From assembly GCA_038245295.1 (NCBI GenBank), contig JBBRSP010000029.1, forward strand, positions 1-64,000: a stretch of DNA of 64,000 nt, given 5' to 3'. A program made the position numbers and the translations under genes. Shown here piece after piece: positions 10,375-22,845 of the stretch. The DNA is from Candidatus Binatia bacterium (GTDB lineage: Bacteria > Desulfobacterota > Binatia > HRBIN30). Under the pieces are notes generated by a model that was not told the origin of the DNA, did no database searches, and saw nothing but the letters and a program-made list of their open reading frames with translations. Position 1 is the first letter of the stretch. Each line of letters begins with the position of its first letter.

Positions 10375-11354
10375 TGGTGGTTTGTTTCGGGCTTAGCCTC
10401 TTCAGGCCGCGTCTCGGCTTTGGGTTCAGGTTTCGGCGCAGCCTTGGCTTCAACTTCCCGAATCTCCCGCTCCGCCTGACTCCAATCCTGGGTTGCCGAC
10501 GCGCTCTTGCCGCCGCGCTCCTGGTACAGTTCATAGGCGCGCTGGGCGATCTGCGGCTGCAAATCGGACGATGCCGTCGCTTTGGCTTCAGGTGTGTCCT
10601 TTTCCTTCAGAAGGTCGTCGACACCTTTCCCCAGCGACGCGAGATAGTCCGTGATGCTCCACGCCACCTTTTGCCCGTTCGTGGTGAGCTCGATCCCGCC
10701 GACCAGTTCCGGTGCGGTCTCGAAACGGAGGTGTATTTCAGCCGAGAAGGTTTCGTTGAGCGCAGCTTGTATCGCTGCCCGTTGCTCGGCCGGCAGGTCG
10801 AACGCGCTGCGCAGGCGCGCCGGCTCAGACGCAGTCTTTAGGGCTTTGGCGAGTCCATCTTTCGTCGGGCCGTCCATCTCGCGTAAGCGCCGCGTAAACA
10901 CCTCGCCCATCCGCTCTTCCAGACTCGTCGTCGCGAGATCCGTCAGCGCCTTTCGCGCGATGGCAAACACTTCCTGTTGGGTCCGGCGGCGGATGGCTTG
11001 GTTGAGATTACGCGCGTCGCTTCTGAGCGTTTCGGCTCGTTTCGCGCTCAAGGCGTCGGCAGCTTTTCGCGCTTCGTCGAGGAGTCGCTGACGCTCGGTT
11101 TTCGCCTCATCCGTCGCCTGGCTCAACAGCGCGGCGCGCTGCTTGTCGAATGCCTCGTTCTTCTTCTGGAACTCGTCGCGCTCGTTGTGCGCCTCGACTT
11201 GTTTTGCGGCGGCGTCCGCCAGCTCGGCGGCGATGCGCTTCTCCCGCGCGTCAATGGCATCGAGGATGGGCTTATAGAGAAAGCGCTTCAGCAACCACAC
11301 CAGGATGAGGAAGTTGAACGCTTGTGCACCGACGGTGAACCAGTCGATGAGCAT
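10371..11354 (-). CDS. atpF: N-ATPase F0 b subunit (extended) with C-terminal DUF2934-like module
   Basis: [31 protein letters not shown], coiled coil, GGIEL...[10 protein letters not shown], then [13 protein letters not shown]...QDWSQAERE. Confidence 0.93.
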   Translation of the reverse strand: MLIDWFTVGAQAFNFLILVWLLKRFLYKPILDAIDAREKRIAAELADAAAKQVEAHNERDEFQKKNEAFDKQRAALLSQATDEAKTERQRLLDEARKAADALSAKRAETLRSDARNLNQAIRRRTQQEVFAIARKALTDLATTSLEERMGEVFTRRLREMDGPTKDGLAKALKTASEPARLRSAFDLPAEQRAAIQAALNETFSAEIHLRFETAPELVGGIELTTNGQKVAWSITDYLASLGKGVDDLLKEKDTPEAKATASSDLQPQIAQRAYELYQERGGKSASATQDWSQAEREIREVEAKAAPKPEPKAETRPEEAKPETNHQ

Positions 11355-11357
11355 AGG

Positions 11358-11639
11358 TTACTTCCCTGCGGTCTGGGCGATGACGTAATTCCAGAACGGG
11401 TTGGCGAAAATCAGAATCATCGAGACCACGAAGCAGTAGATGGCCGTGGACTCGATCATCGCCAGACCGACAAACAGGGTTCGTGTGATGGTGGCGGAGG
11501 CGTCCGGTTGCTGCGCCAGCGAACTCAGCGCCGTGGCCACCGCTCTCCCTTCTGCCAGCGCCGGTCCCAGGCAGCCAAAACCGGTGGTGATGCCCGCGAT
11601 CACAATTGAGGCCACCGCAATAGTCGTCATGCTATCCAT
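11358..11639 (-). CDS. atpE: N-ATPase F0 c subunit, Na+-binding type
   Basis: GPALAEG in helix 1, QQPD loop, IESTAIY in helix 2. Confidence 0.96.
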   Translation of the reverse strand: MDSMTTIAVASIVIAGITTGFGCLGPALAEGRAVATALSSLAQQPDASATITRTLFVGLAMIESTAIYCFVVSMILIFANPFWNYVIAQTAGK

Positions 11640-11666
11640 AATACGTCCTTTGCTTGGTTGGTTGTT

Positions 11667-12362
11667 TCATGTGGCTGTCGCCGGCTCGGGCTTGGTTTTA
11701 CGGGCTCGTGTGGCTGCCGCGATATACACCGCGGCCAGGATGCTGAAGATGTAGGCCTGCACCATGCCGGTGAGCAGACCGAGCAGGGTCATGACGATTG
11801 GAAAGATGAACGGCGTGATGGTCAGCAGAATGGCGATGATCATCGCCCCGCTCATCATGTTGCCGAACAGGCGGACCGCCAGGGCCAGGGTGCGCGAAAG
11901 TTCACTGATGATGTTGAACGGCAGCATGATGACGGTCGGCTCGATGTAGGACTCGAGGTAGCCGCCCATGCCCTGGTCCTCGATGCCGAACAGTGGCACG
12001 GCGACAAACACACATAAGGCAAGCGCCACAGTGGTCGAGAGCGAGGCCGTCGGCGGCTCGTAACCGGGAATGATGGTGCACATGCTGGCGGTAGCGACGA
12101 ACAGGAAGAGCGTGCCCAGAAACCCGATATACTGCCTCGGGTGGCGGAGACCGACTTCGCCGATTTGTTTCTCGATGGCGGTGACGATGATTTCCAGAAG
12201 GTTCTGCCAGTGAGAACGATTCAGATCCGTGGAAAGCTTACGCGTGATCAGTTTTGAACCGCCGGCGAGCACAAACATGAGCCCCCAGGTGAACACGATG
12301 GTGGCGTTGAGTTTGAAGACCCCGTGCTGCCAGAAGATCATCTCGTCAGGACTAAGACGCAT
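11667..12362 (-). CDS. atpB: N-ATPase F0 a subunit
   Basis: PPTASLSTT, PFNIISELSRTLALAVRLFGNM, QAYIFSILAAVY. Confidence 0.95.
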   Translation of the reverse strand: MRLSPDEMIFWQHGVFKLNATIVFTWGLMFVLAGGSKLITRKLSTDLNRSHWQNLLEIIVTAIEKQIGEVGLRHPRQYIGFLGTLFLFVATASMCTIIPGYEPPTASLSTTVALALCVFVAVPLFGIEDQGMGGYLESYIEPTVIMLPFNIISELSRTLALAVRLFGNMMSGAMIIAILLTITPFIFPIVMTLLGLLTGMVQAYIFSILAAVYIAAATRARKTKPEPATAT

Positions 12363-12666
12363 GGCTTGCTTCCTGGGCCGGGCGGGCTGGGGCTTTTCTC
12401 GAGGGCCGGATCAGCCACGTCACGAGCGGCCGTGCCATGGCAAATCCAACGAGACACGGCAGCAGGCGCTCCCAATGACCACCCGACACGAAGTAGAATC
12501 CACCCAGGGCAATGCTCATCCGCAGCAGTAGGCTGCCGAAGAACCACAGCGCCGGCTGGTTGGACGACACGCCGCGGCGAACCGTGTACCATAGGCTGCC
12601 GAAGAAAAGCGCGCCGAGTCCCCCGCCTGCCAGCCACGCCAGCACTATGGTCAGCGTTTCAGCCAT
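12352..12666 (-). CDS. atpR: N-ATPase AtpR subunit
   Basis: LGALFFGSLWYTVRR...SLLLRM...LVGFAMAR; position between atpQ and atpB. Confidence 0.85.
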   Translation of the reverse strand: MAETLTIVLAWLAGGGLGALFFGSLWYTVRRGVSSNQPALWFFGSLLLRMSIALGGFYFVSGGHWERLLPCLVGFAMARPLVTWLIRPSRKAPARPAQEASHAS

Positions 12667-12986
12667 TGGTGTCCTGCGGATCCTCCCGCATGGCCTTGTC
12701 TTCCTGGCTAACCCAATGCCACGCATTCAGACAGCCGATCACGAGCCCGGCCATCAACAACGCCAGCGTCCAGGGATGCGCGCCCGGATGGTGCTTGTCC
12801 AACCAGATGCCGAGGGCAGCGCCAAGCAGCGTCGGCACCGTCACCGACCAGCCGATCAGCCCCATCATGCCGAGGCCGAACCAGACGCCCGTGCTGGAGT
12901 TACGTCGCGCCTTGAGCTTGCGCGCTGCCTTCGTACCGACCTGCTCGGCGAAGGTCGGCTCGTCCGTCGAAGTCTTCTTTGGCGCG

Positions 12987-12994
<8 letters not shown>
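12659..12994 (-). CDS. atpQ: N-ATPase AtpQ (AtpZ/AtpI family)
   Basis: GLGMMGLIGWSVTVPTLLGAALGIWLD...WTLALL..GLVIGCLNAWHWV. Confidence 0.88.
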
Positions 12995-14913
<1,919 letters not shown>

Positions 14914-14942
14914 TCACCGTGAGTCGGACCATGCCACCAGGT

Positions 14943-15179
14943 TTACGCAGCAACGTAACGAGCGGGGAGGCCCCTTCTCGGCTTCTTCGATGATCGAATC
15001 AATCGTTGCATGACAGCGAGGAAGCTCGCCAGCGTAAGCAGCAACATGAGCCATGGGGTGGTGCCTAGATATCGATCCGCGTAGTAGCCCACTTCGAGGG
15101 CGGCCACGATGCTACCGGCAAGCCCGAATCCAAGTGTGATGTAGCGGGCGCCGGCAATGACAGAGTCCTTTCTCAGCAC
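14943..15179 (-). CDS. Second AtpZ/AtpI family small membrane protein
   Basis: LGFGLAGSIV...GYYADRYLGTTPWLMLLL two-TM hairpin motif. GTG start. Confidence 0.7.
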   Translation of the reverse strand: MLRKDSVIAGARYITLGFGLAGSIVAALEVGYYADRYLGTTPWLMLLLTLASFLAVMQRLIRSSKKPRRGLPARYVAA

Positions 15180-15200
15180 AATTTCGCTCGTGCGTTCTCA

Positions 15201-15330
15201 TCACGGCTGGTCGTGATGATCGGCCAGGGTCGCGTGCCTCGTGTGCTCCAAGATACTCTTGGCCGCTTGCACTGCTTCCGCGGTACCGTGTGCGATCACC
15301 AGGAACGTTTCTGACTTGAGGGCCGGGTCG
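15201..15330 (-). pseudogene. C-terminal remnant of a general-stress (DUF1269-like) protein
   Basis: ALKSETFLVIAHGTAEAVQAAKSIL aligns with QIKAGKFLVIAHGPTDKVNKAHDTF of the 32588-33175 protein. No matching N-terminus is present. Confidence 0.6.
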
Positions 15331-15415
15331 CCGGACTCAGCCGTCGGGTAAATCACGCGCGGCCGCGGGACACATGCGATTATATGACTAGACGGCTTGC
15401 ATTCGGGAACTATTC

Positions 15416-16219
15416 TCATGGTGCGGTTGTCTTCCAGAGTGGATGTGCGCTGGCTTGCGGTAGCGTCTGTGGGTCGAACAGATCATCAGGGATCGTGACG
15501 TCGTACTGCACCGCGCTCACCCGAATCTCGGTGCTCGTCCGCTGTAGAACGTCCTCCATGCGAATTTGCAGTACGGTGGGAGTCCCATCGATGACGGTGG
15601 CATCTTGGAAGACTTCCTTCTTCCATAGTTGGTTCGCGGCGTCGTAGTAGTCGCGGCTCAGCGGCAGCAGGGTGTCTTTCGCCACCCAGCTGACGACCCG
15701 GGAGTAGTAGTAGTGCGGAGCCGCGAAGGTCTCTTCGATCTTGTACGCCGGCTTCCCCGCCATTGTTTCCTCCCCGAGGAGGCGGACCTTCCGATCCCGC
15801 AGATTGACGAAGCCGAGGTCGGCAAGCGTAAAGTCCGAGTTAAGGAACGACTCGTAGGCAGAGGCAGGCGTGATCTTGCGGGTCCGGTGTATCGCGGGCA
15901 GATACACCCATTGTTCCTCGGAAAGGTCCTTCCGTTCTCGGATCAACTGCCCCACTCCCTTCACGTCGTCGGGCGCGAGGATCACCGTAAGGATACCGTT
16001 CCCGTCGGCCAGGTGCTTACGCGCCTGGTGCACCGTCCATTCGGCAGTGAAGCCGTCTGTCGCGTGTACCGCGACGACCATCGTGCGAGTGCTTGGCCGT
16101 TCGGGCTCAAGGGCTCGCTTCATGCCTTGAACGATGTTTATGGCCGTCAGAGGGCTTGCCGTCGCGGGCCCAGCAACCAGAAGAACGGACGCGAGTGCGG
16201 TGTACAAATGGAAGCGCAT
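15416..16219 (-). CDS. Outer-membrane lipoprotein-sorting (LolA-like) protein
   Basis: Signal peptide; PDDVKG...QWVYLPAIHRTRKI...SFLNSDFTLADL...YSRVVSWV...YYD motifs. Confidence 0.8.
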   Translation of the reverse strand: MRFHLYTALASVLLVAGPATASPLTAINIVQGMKRALEPERPSTRTMVVAVHATDGFTAEWTVHQARKHLADGNGILTVILAPDDVKGVGQLIRERKDLSEEQWVYLPAIHRTRKITPASAYESFLNSDFTLADLGFVNLRDRKVRLLGEETMAGKPAYKIEETFAAPHYYYSRVVSWVAKDTLLPLSRDYYDAANQLWKKEVFQDATVIDGTPTVLQIRMEDVLQRTSTEIRVSAVQYDVTIPDDLFDPQTLPQASAHPLWKTTAP

Positions 16220-16403
16220 GAAACCTCTCTTTCGGGTGATCCCAGGTTGGAACATACCGGGCCAAAGCACGCATCGAATTGTTGCGAGATCGAGTTGCCT
16301 GGCAGCGGGTGCACCCACCAGAGTAAAGGTGCTGGTTCATTGCCTTTGATGTTGTAGAGCAGGTCAGGGCGCACGGTAATCTCGCACAACTACGTGCGTA
16401 GCT

Positions 16404-17732
16404 TTACGTGGCAGTGAGAGCCTGAGAGTTGCTGGCGTCCAGCCAGCCGCCGGTAAACCCGGCACGCCGCAGTCCCGCAACCAAGTAAGGACACTGCCTG
16501 AACAGCTCCCAGACCAACCCCGAACGGTAGTTCTCAATCATGACGACGATAGGTCCCTGATTGATTCCGCAGTGCCACGGAGAGACCCAACCGTTCCGAC
16601 TCCCCGGCTGGCCTGCGAACGTCGGGTTGAAGGTGGCTTTGAAGCCGTACGCCCCGGTCTCGCGCAGGCGCAGCCGGTTGAAGTGATCGATGGTTGGTAG
16701 GACGATCTCCGGCGCAAAGGGTAGCGACGCCACCACGGCCCAAGGGGCGAGCGTGCCATCGTCGGGGCCATAGGGTACCCCGCGCCCCACGTAACCGTAG
16801 AAGCGTCGTTCGATGCCATCGATCCTGCGGGTCATCTCACCAGGGCCATCGCTGGCCGTGATTCCCCAGCAGTGCTCGCCGTAGCGCGCAAACTGTTCTG
16901 GATTGCGGATCGCGTATTGCTGTTGGATGTATGTCGCGCGACGACTGTTTTCGAAGTAGTCAATCCCTCGGTGGCGCATGAAGCCGTCCTGAATGCCGCG
17001 AAAGTCGATCCACAGGTGCGACAGTTGGTGCGTAAAGAGTGGACCGGCATAGAGAAACTCGGTGCCGTAGATCTCCTTCCACTGATAGCTCGAAGCCCAC
17101 GCGGTGTAGCTGTCAGCCGGCAGCGGGTGGCTGGGAGAACCAAGCCCGAGCAAGTATAGAATCAGCGCCTCGTCGTAGCCCTCCCACCGATAACGAAGGA
17201 ATCCGCTCTCCGGCTTCCACCCGTGCGTCACCGTGCTCCCGCCGTTCTGCGCCCACTGCCAGTCGACCCGAGTATAGAGGGTCTCGGCAAGCGCGCGGAT
17301 TTCGCGCTCGTCCGGGGTGTCGCGACCAAAGTACATGCCACAGGTCAACGCGCCAGCGAGCAACAGCGCCGTATCCACCGTCGAGAGCTCACATTTCCAG
17401 GCCCGTTCGCCGCTCTTCATGTCGAGAAAGTGGTAGTAAAAGCCCTTGTAGCCCGTTGCGTTGGGCTCGGGTCCCTGGGCACTTCGCGCGAAGAACCGGA
17501 GCGTCGCCAGGGTTGTTCCCACGGCGGCCGCGCGGGCTACCAGAGCGCGCTCGACGGCGATCGGGTAGGCGGCCAGTGCCAATCCGACAGCGGCGATGCT
17601 TGCGGGCCAGTCTGGGCACGTCTTGTCGACCACCAACCCGTTGATGGGGTTGGTCTCATGGAGAAAGTAAGCGAACGTGTCGCGTTGAAGCGCTTCCAGC
17701 ATTTGGACGTTACGCCCGGTAGACGATCTCAT
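16404..17732 (-). CDS. Glucoamylase-like / GH144 (beta-1,2-glucanase-type) protein, copy 1
   Basis: SIAAVGLAL, GFYYHFLD, ELSTVDTALL, WEGYDEA, LFTHQLSHLWIDFRG, WGITASDGP, DDGTLAP, GINQGP. Confidence 0.82.
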   Translation of the reverse strand: MRSSTGRNVQMLEALQRDTFAYFLHETNPINGLVVDKTCPDWPASIAAVGLALAAYPIAVERALVARAAAVGTTLATLRFFARSAQGPEPNATGYKGFYYHFLDMKSGERAWKCELSTVDTALLLAGALTCGMYFGRDTPDEREIRALAETLYTRVDWQWAQNGGSTVTHGWKPESGFLRYRWEGYDEALILYLLGLGSPSHPLPADSYTAWASSYQWKEIYGTEFLYAGPLFTHQLSHLWIDFRGIQDGFMRHRGIDYFENSRRATYIQQQYAIRNPEQFARYGEHCWGITASDGPGEMTRRIDGIERRFYGYVGRGVPYGPDDGTLAPWAVVASLPFAPEIVLPTIDHFNRLRLRETGAYGFKATFNPTFAGQPGSRNGWVSPWHCGINQGPIVVMIENYRSGLVWELFRQCPYLVAGLRRAGFTGGWLDASNSQALTAT

Positions 17733-19336
17733 CAGGCTTTGCCGGTGCTCTCCGGGGAGCCGCGCTCCGCGGGAGTCTTCTCCTCCCCGCCCGATTCGAG
17801 CCGCAACAGGCGGGCGTCAATGTCGGCGAGCAACTTTTCGTGGACCTCCTGGCTGAGAACACCCTGGCGGAAGGAATCGCCGACGTGGTTCTTCTCCGTC
17901 AGCAGCAGATGGCGGCGTGCCCACTGTGACTCCTGGGCTGCAATCGCCGCGCGGTCGAGCTCCAACGCGCCGATCCGGCTTTGCTCCGCCTCAATCCGCG
18001 TGTTGTATTCCGTCTCGAGCTGCGCGCGCACGTCGCCATGGGAGAACTGCACGTGCGACATGCGCTGCAATTCTTCGAGCGCCGCGCTGGCGGCTTGTAC
18101 TTTGCCGCGGGCGAATTCGTACGCGTCCCGGTTTTCGCGCCCTTTGACGATGCCCAGCCAGCGCAGCAAGGGCGGGATGGTCATGCCGTGCACCAGGATC
18201 GAGATCATCACGACGCCGAAGGTCATCGTTACCAACAACTCGCGATGCGGAACGTCCTTCGCCAGACTGAGCACCAGCACCATCGGCAAGCCGCCGCGCA
18301 GTCCGCCCCAGGTCAGCACGACGGCCCACGGCCACGGAATCCTCTCGCGGGTCAGGCGCAGCACTCCGGAGACCGTGAAGATCACCAGCCCTCGGCTCGC
18401 CGTCACGATCAGGTAGGCGACCAGAATCGCCTTCCACGACGCGAACATGGCACCGAGATGGACCTCGAGGCCGATCAGCAGGAAGACAATCGAGTTCAAG
18501 GCGAAGGCCACGTATTCCCAAAAAGTTTCTACGGCGACCCGCGTCGACGGCGTCATGCCGGTGCGGGCGCCGTAATTGCCGCAGACCACGCCGGCCACGA
18601 CGACCGCAATCACCCCAGAAGCGCCAACGTCCTCCGCCGTCACAAAGGAACCGTACGCCGCGAGCGTCGTCAGCGTGATCTCGATCATCGCATCATCAAT
18701 CTGTTTGATGACCTGCGACGCCCCCATCCCGACCGCGGCGCCGATCAGCCCGCCGATGCCGACGATGCGGAGGAAGTCCGTGGCCAGTTGTCTCGTCGTG
18801 ACGCCGCCGCCGGTCATGAGCGACAGACTCAGCGTGAAGAATACAATCGCCGTGCCGTCGTTGAGCAGGCTCTCGCCGTCCAACAAGACCGACAACCGCC
18901 GCGGCGCACCGAGACTGCGAAACACCGCCACCACGGCGATCGGATCGGTCGCCGCGATCAACGCCCCGAACACCAACGCATACGGCCAAGTGAAATCCTG
19001 CTCCAGTTGCAGCGTATTCACGACGGGTGTCAGGATGACGGTCGTCAACGCCACCGCCGCCGCCACGCCCGGCACGGCGAGCGCCGCGATGGCCAGGCGG
19101 TTGCGCCAGAATTCGTGGAACTCAATGTGAAACGCGGCCTCAAACAACAAGCCCGGCAGGAAAACTGAAAAGAGCAATTCCTTGGTCAGATGGGGTGGCG
19201 TGAACAGGTTCAGGATACCGAGCGCCAACCCGGTGAGCACCAGCGCCACCGTGTACGGCACATGCAATTGCCGCACGGCAATCGCCACCGCCACGGCGAC
19301 CGACAACAACAAAATCAATATCGTCTCAGGCTGCAC
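17732..19336 (-). CDS. CPA1 Na+/H+ antiporter (NhaP/NhaG-like)
   Basis: FLPGLLFEAA, AATDPIAV, GESLLNDG, WGGLRGG; about 12 TM segments. Confidence 0.92.
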   Translation of the reverse strand: MQPETILILLLSVAVAVAIAVRQLHVPYTVALVLTGLALGILNLFTPPHLTKELLFSVFLPGLLFEAAFHIEFHEFWRNRLAIAALAVPGVAAAVALTTVILTPVVNTLQLEQDFTWPYALVFGALIAATDPIAVVAVFRSLGAPRRLSVLLDGESLLNDGTAIVFFTLSLSLMTGGGVTTRQLATDFLRIVGIGGLIGAAVGMGASQVIKQIDDAMIEITLTTLAAYGSFVTAEDVGASGVIAVVVAGVVCGNYGARTGMTPSTRVAVETFWEYVAFALNSIVFLLIGLEVHLGAMFASWKAILVAYLIVTASRGLVIFTVSGVLRLTRERIPWPWAVVLTWGGLRGGLPMVLVLSLAKDVPHRELLVTMTFGVVMISILVHGMTIPPLLRWLGIVKGRENRDAYEFARGKVQAASAALEELQRMSHVQFSHGDVRAQLETEYNTRIEAEQSRIGALELDRAAIAAQESQWARRHLLLTEKNHVGDSFRQGVLSQEVHEKLLADIDARLLRLESGGEEKTPAERGSPESTGKA

Positions 19337-19389
19337 AATCTGTCACCGCGGCAACCCCGCCTCCCAAGGGAACGCATGTGACCATCGAT

Positions 19390-20394
19390 TCACCCCTTGC
19401 GCCACAGCACGATCATACCGACCAATGTCGCCAATAGGGCCGCCCACAGCACGATGGCGATACGCGTGGCTTTCACGGCCCGATCTTTCTCCCACCAGAC
19501 CGCCGGGCGAATGCCCTGCACCAGAAACGTCACCACGCCGGCTAGGTTGATGCAGATCAGGTTCATCAGAAACAGCGACAACGAACCCACGGCTAACGTG
19601 GGATGCCCACCGCCCAACAGCAGGCCCGACGCTACCAGCGGCGGCAACAGCGCCACGGCCACCATCACACCGATCAATGTCGTCGACACGCCCGTGGTGA
19701 ACGCCAGCGCGCCCGCGCAACCGGACGCCAATGCCACGGCGATGTCGCCTAGCCCCACCGCGTTGCGCGACGCCATTTCGGGTGACGTAGGGTTCACCTG
19801 CACCAGCATCCCAATGATGACCGACAACACCATCGTCGTCGCAATTCCCGCCAGTGCCGTCAGAAACGCGCGACGCAGCAGCGACAAGTCACCCAAGGTG
19901 GTGGCGAGCGACAGCGCCACGTTCGGGCCGAGCAACGGCGCAATCACCATCGCCCCGATGATAATCGCCACGCTGTTGTAATACAGACCGACAGCCGCCA
20001 CGATGGTCGACAACAGCACCATCGCCAGATAGACCCGTGAGCACCGCGCGGCATCTTTGATGTCCTCGTACAACTCCTCTCGGCCGATCCGCTCCGGCGT
20101 TTTTTCCTGCGGCGTCGGTTGTCCGGGCTCGGCGGCCGGCTCCGGCGCGGCGCGCGGCAACGTCGCTTCGACAGGCAAAATCACTACACGGTTGCCCTCC
20201 ACGGCGGTGAACCGCGGCTTCAACAAATCCAGTACCCCCTCGCTCTGTTCCGCATCCAACAAGATCCGCACCAGCACTTCCGCGTCCGGTAATCGGACCT
20301 GCCGGTGTTCGAGCACCTTGTGCTCCTTGAGAAGCTCACGGACTTCCGTGCCGTCCTTCTCCGGCAGCACCATCTCAATTAAGCGCAGAGCCAT
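19390..20394 (-). CDS. TIGR00341 / DUF389 family membrane protein
   Basis: MALRLIE N-terminus, REELY, AIIIGAMVIAPLLGP, GVMVAVALLPPL. Confidence 0.85.
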   Translation of the reverse strand: MALRLIEMVLPEKDGTEVRELLKEHKVLEHRQVRLPDAEVLVRILLDAEQSEGVLDLLKPRFTAVEGNRVVILPVEATLPRAAPEPAAEPGQPTPQEKTPERIGREELYEDIKDAARCSRVYLAMVLLSTIVAAVGLYYNSVAIIIGAMVIAPLLGPNVALSLATTLGDLSLLRRAFLTALAGIATTMVLSVIIGMLVQVNPTSPEMASRNAVGLGDIAVALASGCAGALAFTTGVSTTLIGVMVAVALLPPLVASGLLLGGGHPTLAVGSLSLFLMNLICINLAGVVTFLVQGIRPAVWWEKDRAVKATRIAIVLWAALLATLVGMIVLWRKG

Positions 20395-20401
20395 CGTGGC
20401 G

Positions 20402-22783
20402 TCATACTTTCCATTTCCAGTTGCGGATTTCCGGCAAGTCCTGGCCTTGTTTAGCGATGTAGTACTTGTGCTCGATCAGCTTGTCCTTGAGTTGTTGCTT
20501 CAGGTACCTCCCCTTGTCGCCGGTCTGCGGCAAGCGGTCGATGGTGTCCATCACCAGATGGAAGCGGTCGAGATCGTTCAGCACCGTCATGTCGAAGGGC
20601 GTGGTGATGGTGCCCTCTTCCTTATAACCGCGGACGTGGATGTTGTCGTGGTTGGTGCGGCGGTAGGTCAACCGGTGGATCAACCACGGGTAGCCGTGGA
20701 AGGCGAAGATGACCGGCTTGTCCTTGGTGAAGAGCTCGTCGAAATCCACATCGCTCAACCCATGCGGGTGCTCGGTGTGCGGCTGAAGCTTCATGAGGTC
20801 GACGACATTGACAACCCGGATTTTCAAATCCGGAAGATGCTCGCGCAAAATGGAGACGGCCGCCAGCGTCTCCAGCGTCGGCACGTCGCCACAACATGCC
20901 ATCACCACGTCGGGCGCAACGGCCTGGTCGTTGCTGGCCCACTGCCAGATGCCGACGCCCTCGGTGCAGTGCTTGACGGCCGCATCCATCGTCAGCCACT
21001 GCGGCGCCGGGTGTTTGCCCGCGATCACAACGTTGACGTAGTGACGACTGCGCAGACAGTGGTCGATCACCGACAGTAGACAGTTGGCATCCGGCGGCAG
21101 GTACACCCGCACGACCGAGGCCTTCTTCTTCACGACGTGGTCAATGAAGCCGGGGTCCTGGTGGGTAAACCCGTTGTGATCCTGGCGCCAGACATGCGAG
21201 GCCAGGAGATAGTTCAGCGACGCGATCTTGCGCCGCCACGGCAGGTGCGAGGTGACCTTCAGCCACTTGGCGTGCTGGTTGAACATCGAGTCGATGATGT
21301 GAATGAATGCCTCGTAGCAGTTGAAGAGTCCGTGACGACCGGTGAGGAGATACCCTTCCAGCCAGCCCTCGCACTGATGCTCACTGAGCATTTCTATCAC
21401 CCGCCCGGCTGGGGCGAGGAATTCATCGTTCGGCACGGTCGCCGCGTCCCATTGGCGTTGGGTCACTTCAAAGAGGGCCTCCAGACCGTTGGAAAGTGTC
21501 TCGTCGGGGCCAAAGACCCGGAAATTCCGTTGCTCACTGTTCAGCTTCGCTACGTCGCGCAGGAAGGGTCCGAGCACGTGTGTATCGCCGATGCCGCGCG
21601 TCCCCGGTGCGGGCACGTCGGCGGCGTAGTCGCGGAAGTCCGGCATCCGCAGGTCGCGGAGGAGCATGCCGCCGTTGGCGTGGGGGTTCGCGCCCATGCG
21701 TCGTTCACCCGTGGGCGCCAGGGCGGCGAGCTCCGGTTGCAGGCGCCCCTGGTCATCGAAGAGCTCATCGGGCCGGTAGCTCCGCAGCCAGTCCTCCAGC
21801 AGCCCGAGGTGTTCGGGATGGGTGTTCGGGTGGAGCGGCACCTGGTGCGCGCGGAAGGTGCCTTCGATCTGCAGGCCATCGACTACCTTGGGCCCCGTCC
21901 AGCCTTTGGGCGACTTGAGGACGATCATGGGCCAGCGCGGTCGCGTGGTATCGCGGTTGGTGCGCGCATTGTCCTGGATGCGCCGGATCTCCTCGATGGT
22001 CCTGTCCAAGGTAGCAGCCATGAGCTGGTGCATCTCCATCGGATTGTCGCCCTCGACGAAATACGGTGTCCATCCGCAGCCGCGCAGAAATTGCTCCAGT
22101 TCCTCCGGCTCGATGCGCGCGAGGACAGTCGGATTGCTGATCTTGTAGCCGTTGAGGTGCAGGATCGGCAGCACCGCGCCGTCGGTTGCGGGATCGAGGA
22201 ACTTGTTCGAATGCCACGCGGTGGCCAGTGGGCCCGTCTCCGCTTCGCCGTCGCCGACGACGCAGGCGACGACGAGATTCGGATTGTCGAACACCGCCCC
22301 GAACGAATGGCTGAGCGAATAGCCCAGCTCACCGCCCTCATGGATCGAGCCGGGTGTCTCCGGCGAGGCGTGGCTGGGAATTCCGCCGGGAAACGAAAAC
22401 TGAAGAAAGAGCTTCTGCAGCCCGGCCTCATCCTGGCTGATGTCGGGATAGACCTCGCTGTACGTGCCCTCGAGGTACGTGTTGCCGACGACCGCCGGGC
22501 CGCCGTGCCCGGGGCCGGAGATGTAAATCATGTCGAGGTCGTATTTCTTGATGACCCGGTTCAAGTGCACGTAAATGAAGTTCTGCCCGGGGGTCGTACC
22601 CCAGTGTCCCAGCAGCATGTGCTTCACATCCGTGAGCGCCAGCGGCCGCTTCAGGAGCGGATTGTCGTAGAGATAGATCTGGCCGACCGATAGATAATTG
22701 GCGGCGCGCCAATAGGCATCCATCTTGTGGAGCAGCTCCGGGGCAAGACTCTGTGGTGTTGTTTCTATGGCTGTTGAATTCAT
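20402..22783 (-). CDS. xfp: Phosphoketolase (XFP family)
   Basis: [30 protein letters not shown] (TPP), [32 protein letters not shown]. Confidence 0.96.
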   Translation of the reverse strand: MNSTAIETTPQSLAPELLHKMDAYWRAANYLSVGQIYLYDNPLLKRPLALTDVKHMLLGHWGTTPGQNFIYVHLNRVIKKYDLDMIYISGPGHGGPAVVGNTYLEGTYSEVYPDISQDEAGLQKLFLQFSFPGGIPSHASPETPGSIHEGGELGYSLSHSFGAVFDNPNLVVACVVGDGEAETGPLATAWHSNKFLDPATDGAVLPILHLNGYKISNPTVLARIEPEELEQFLRGCGWTPYFVEGDNPMEMHQLMAATLDRTIEEIRRIQDNARTNRDTTRPRWPMIVLKSPKGWTGPKVVDGLQIEGTFRAHQVPLHPNTHPEHLGLLEDWLRSYRPDELFDDQGRLQPELAALAPTGERRMGANPHANGGMLLRDLRMPDFRDYAADVPAPGTRGIGDTHVLGPFLRDVAKLNSEQRNFRVFGPDETLSNGLEALFEVTQRQWDAATVPNDEFLAPAGRVIEMLSEHQCEGWLEGYLLTGRHGLFNCYEAFIHIIDSMFNQHAKWLKVTSHLPWRRKIASLNYLLASHVWRQDHNGFTHQDPGFIDHVVKKKASVVRVYLPPDANCLLSVIDHCLRSRHYVNVVIAGKHPAPQWLTMDAAVKHCTEGVGIWQWASNDQAVAPDVVMACCGDVPTLETLAAVSILREHLPDLKIRVVNVVDLMKLQPHTEHPHGLSDVDFDELFTKDKPVIFAFHGYPWLIHRLTYRRTNHDNIHVRGYKEEGTITTPFDMTVLNDLDRFHLVMDTIDRLPQTGDKGRYLKQQLKDKLIEHKYYIAKQGQDLPEIRNWKWKV

Positions 22784-22845
22784 TCATAGCCTCTTCATGT
22801 TAGCTTCAGTGTTCGCTCCTAAGGGCATTGCACTGACGTTGCGAT

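Noticed and set aside
19377..19394. TGTGA...TCACC CRP-like site before the antiporter
   Set aside because: The spacer is 8 nt rather than 6.
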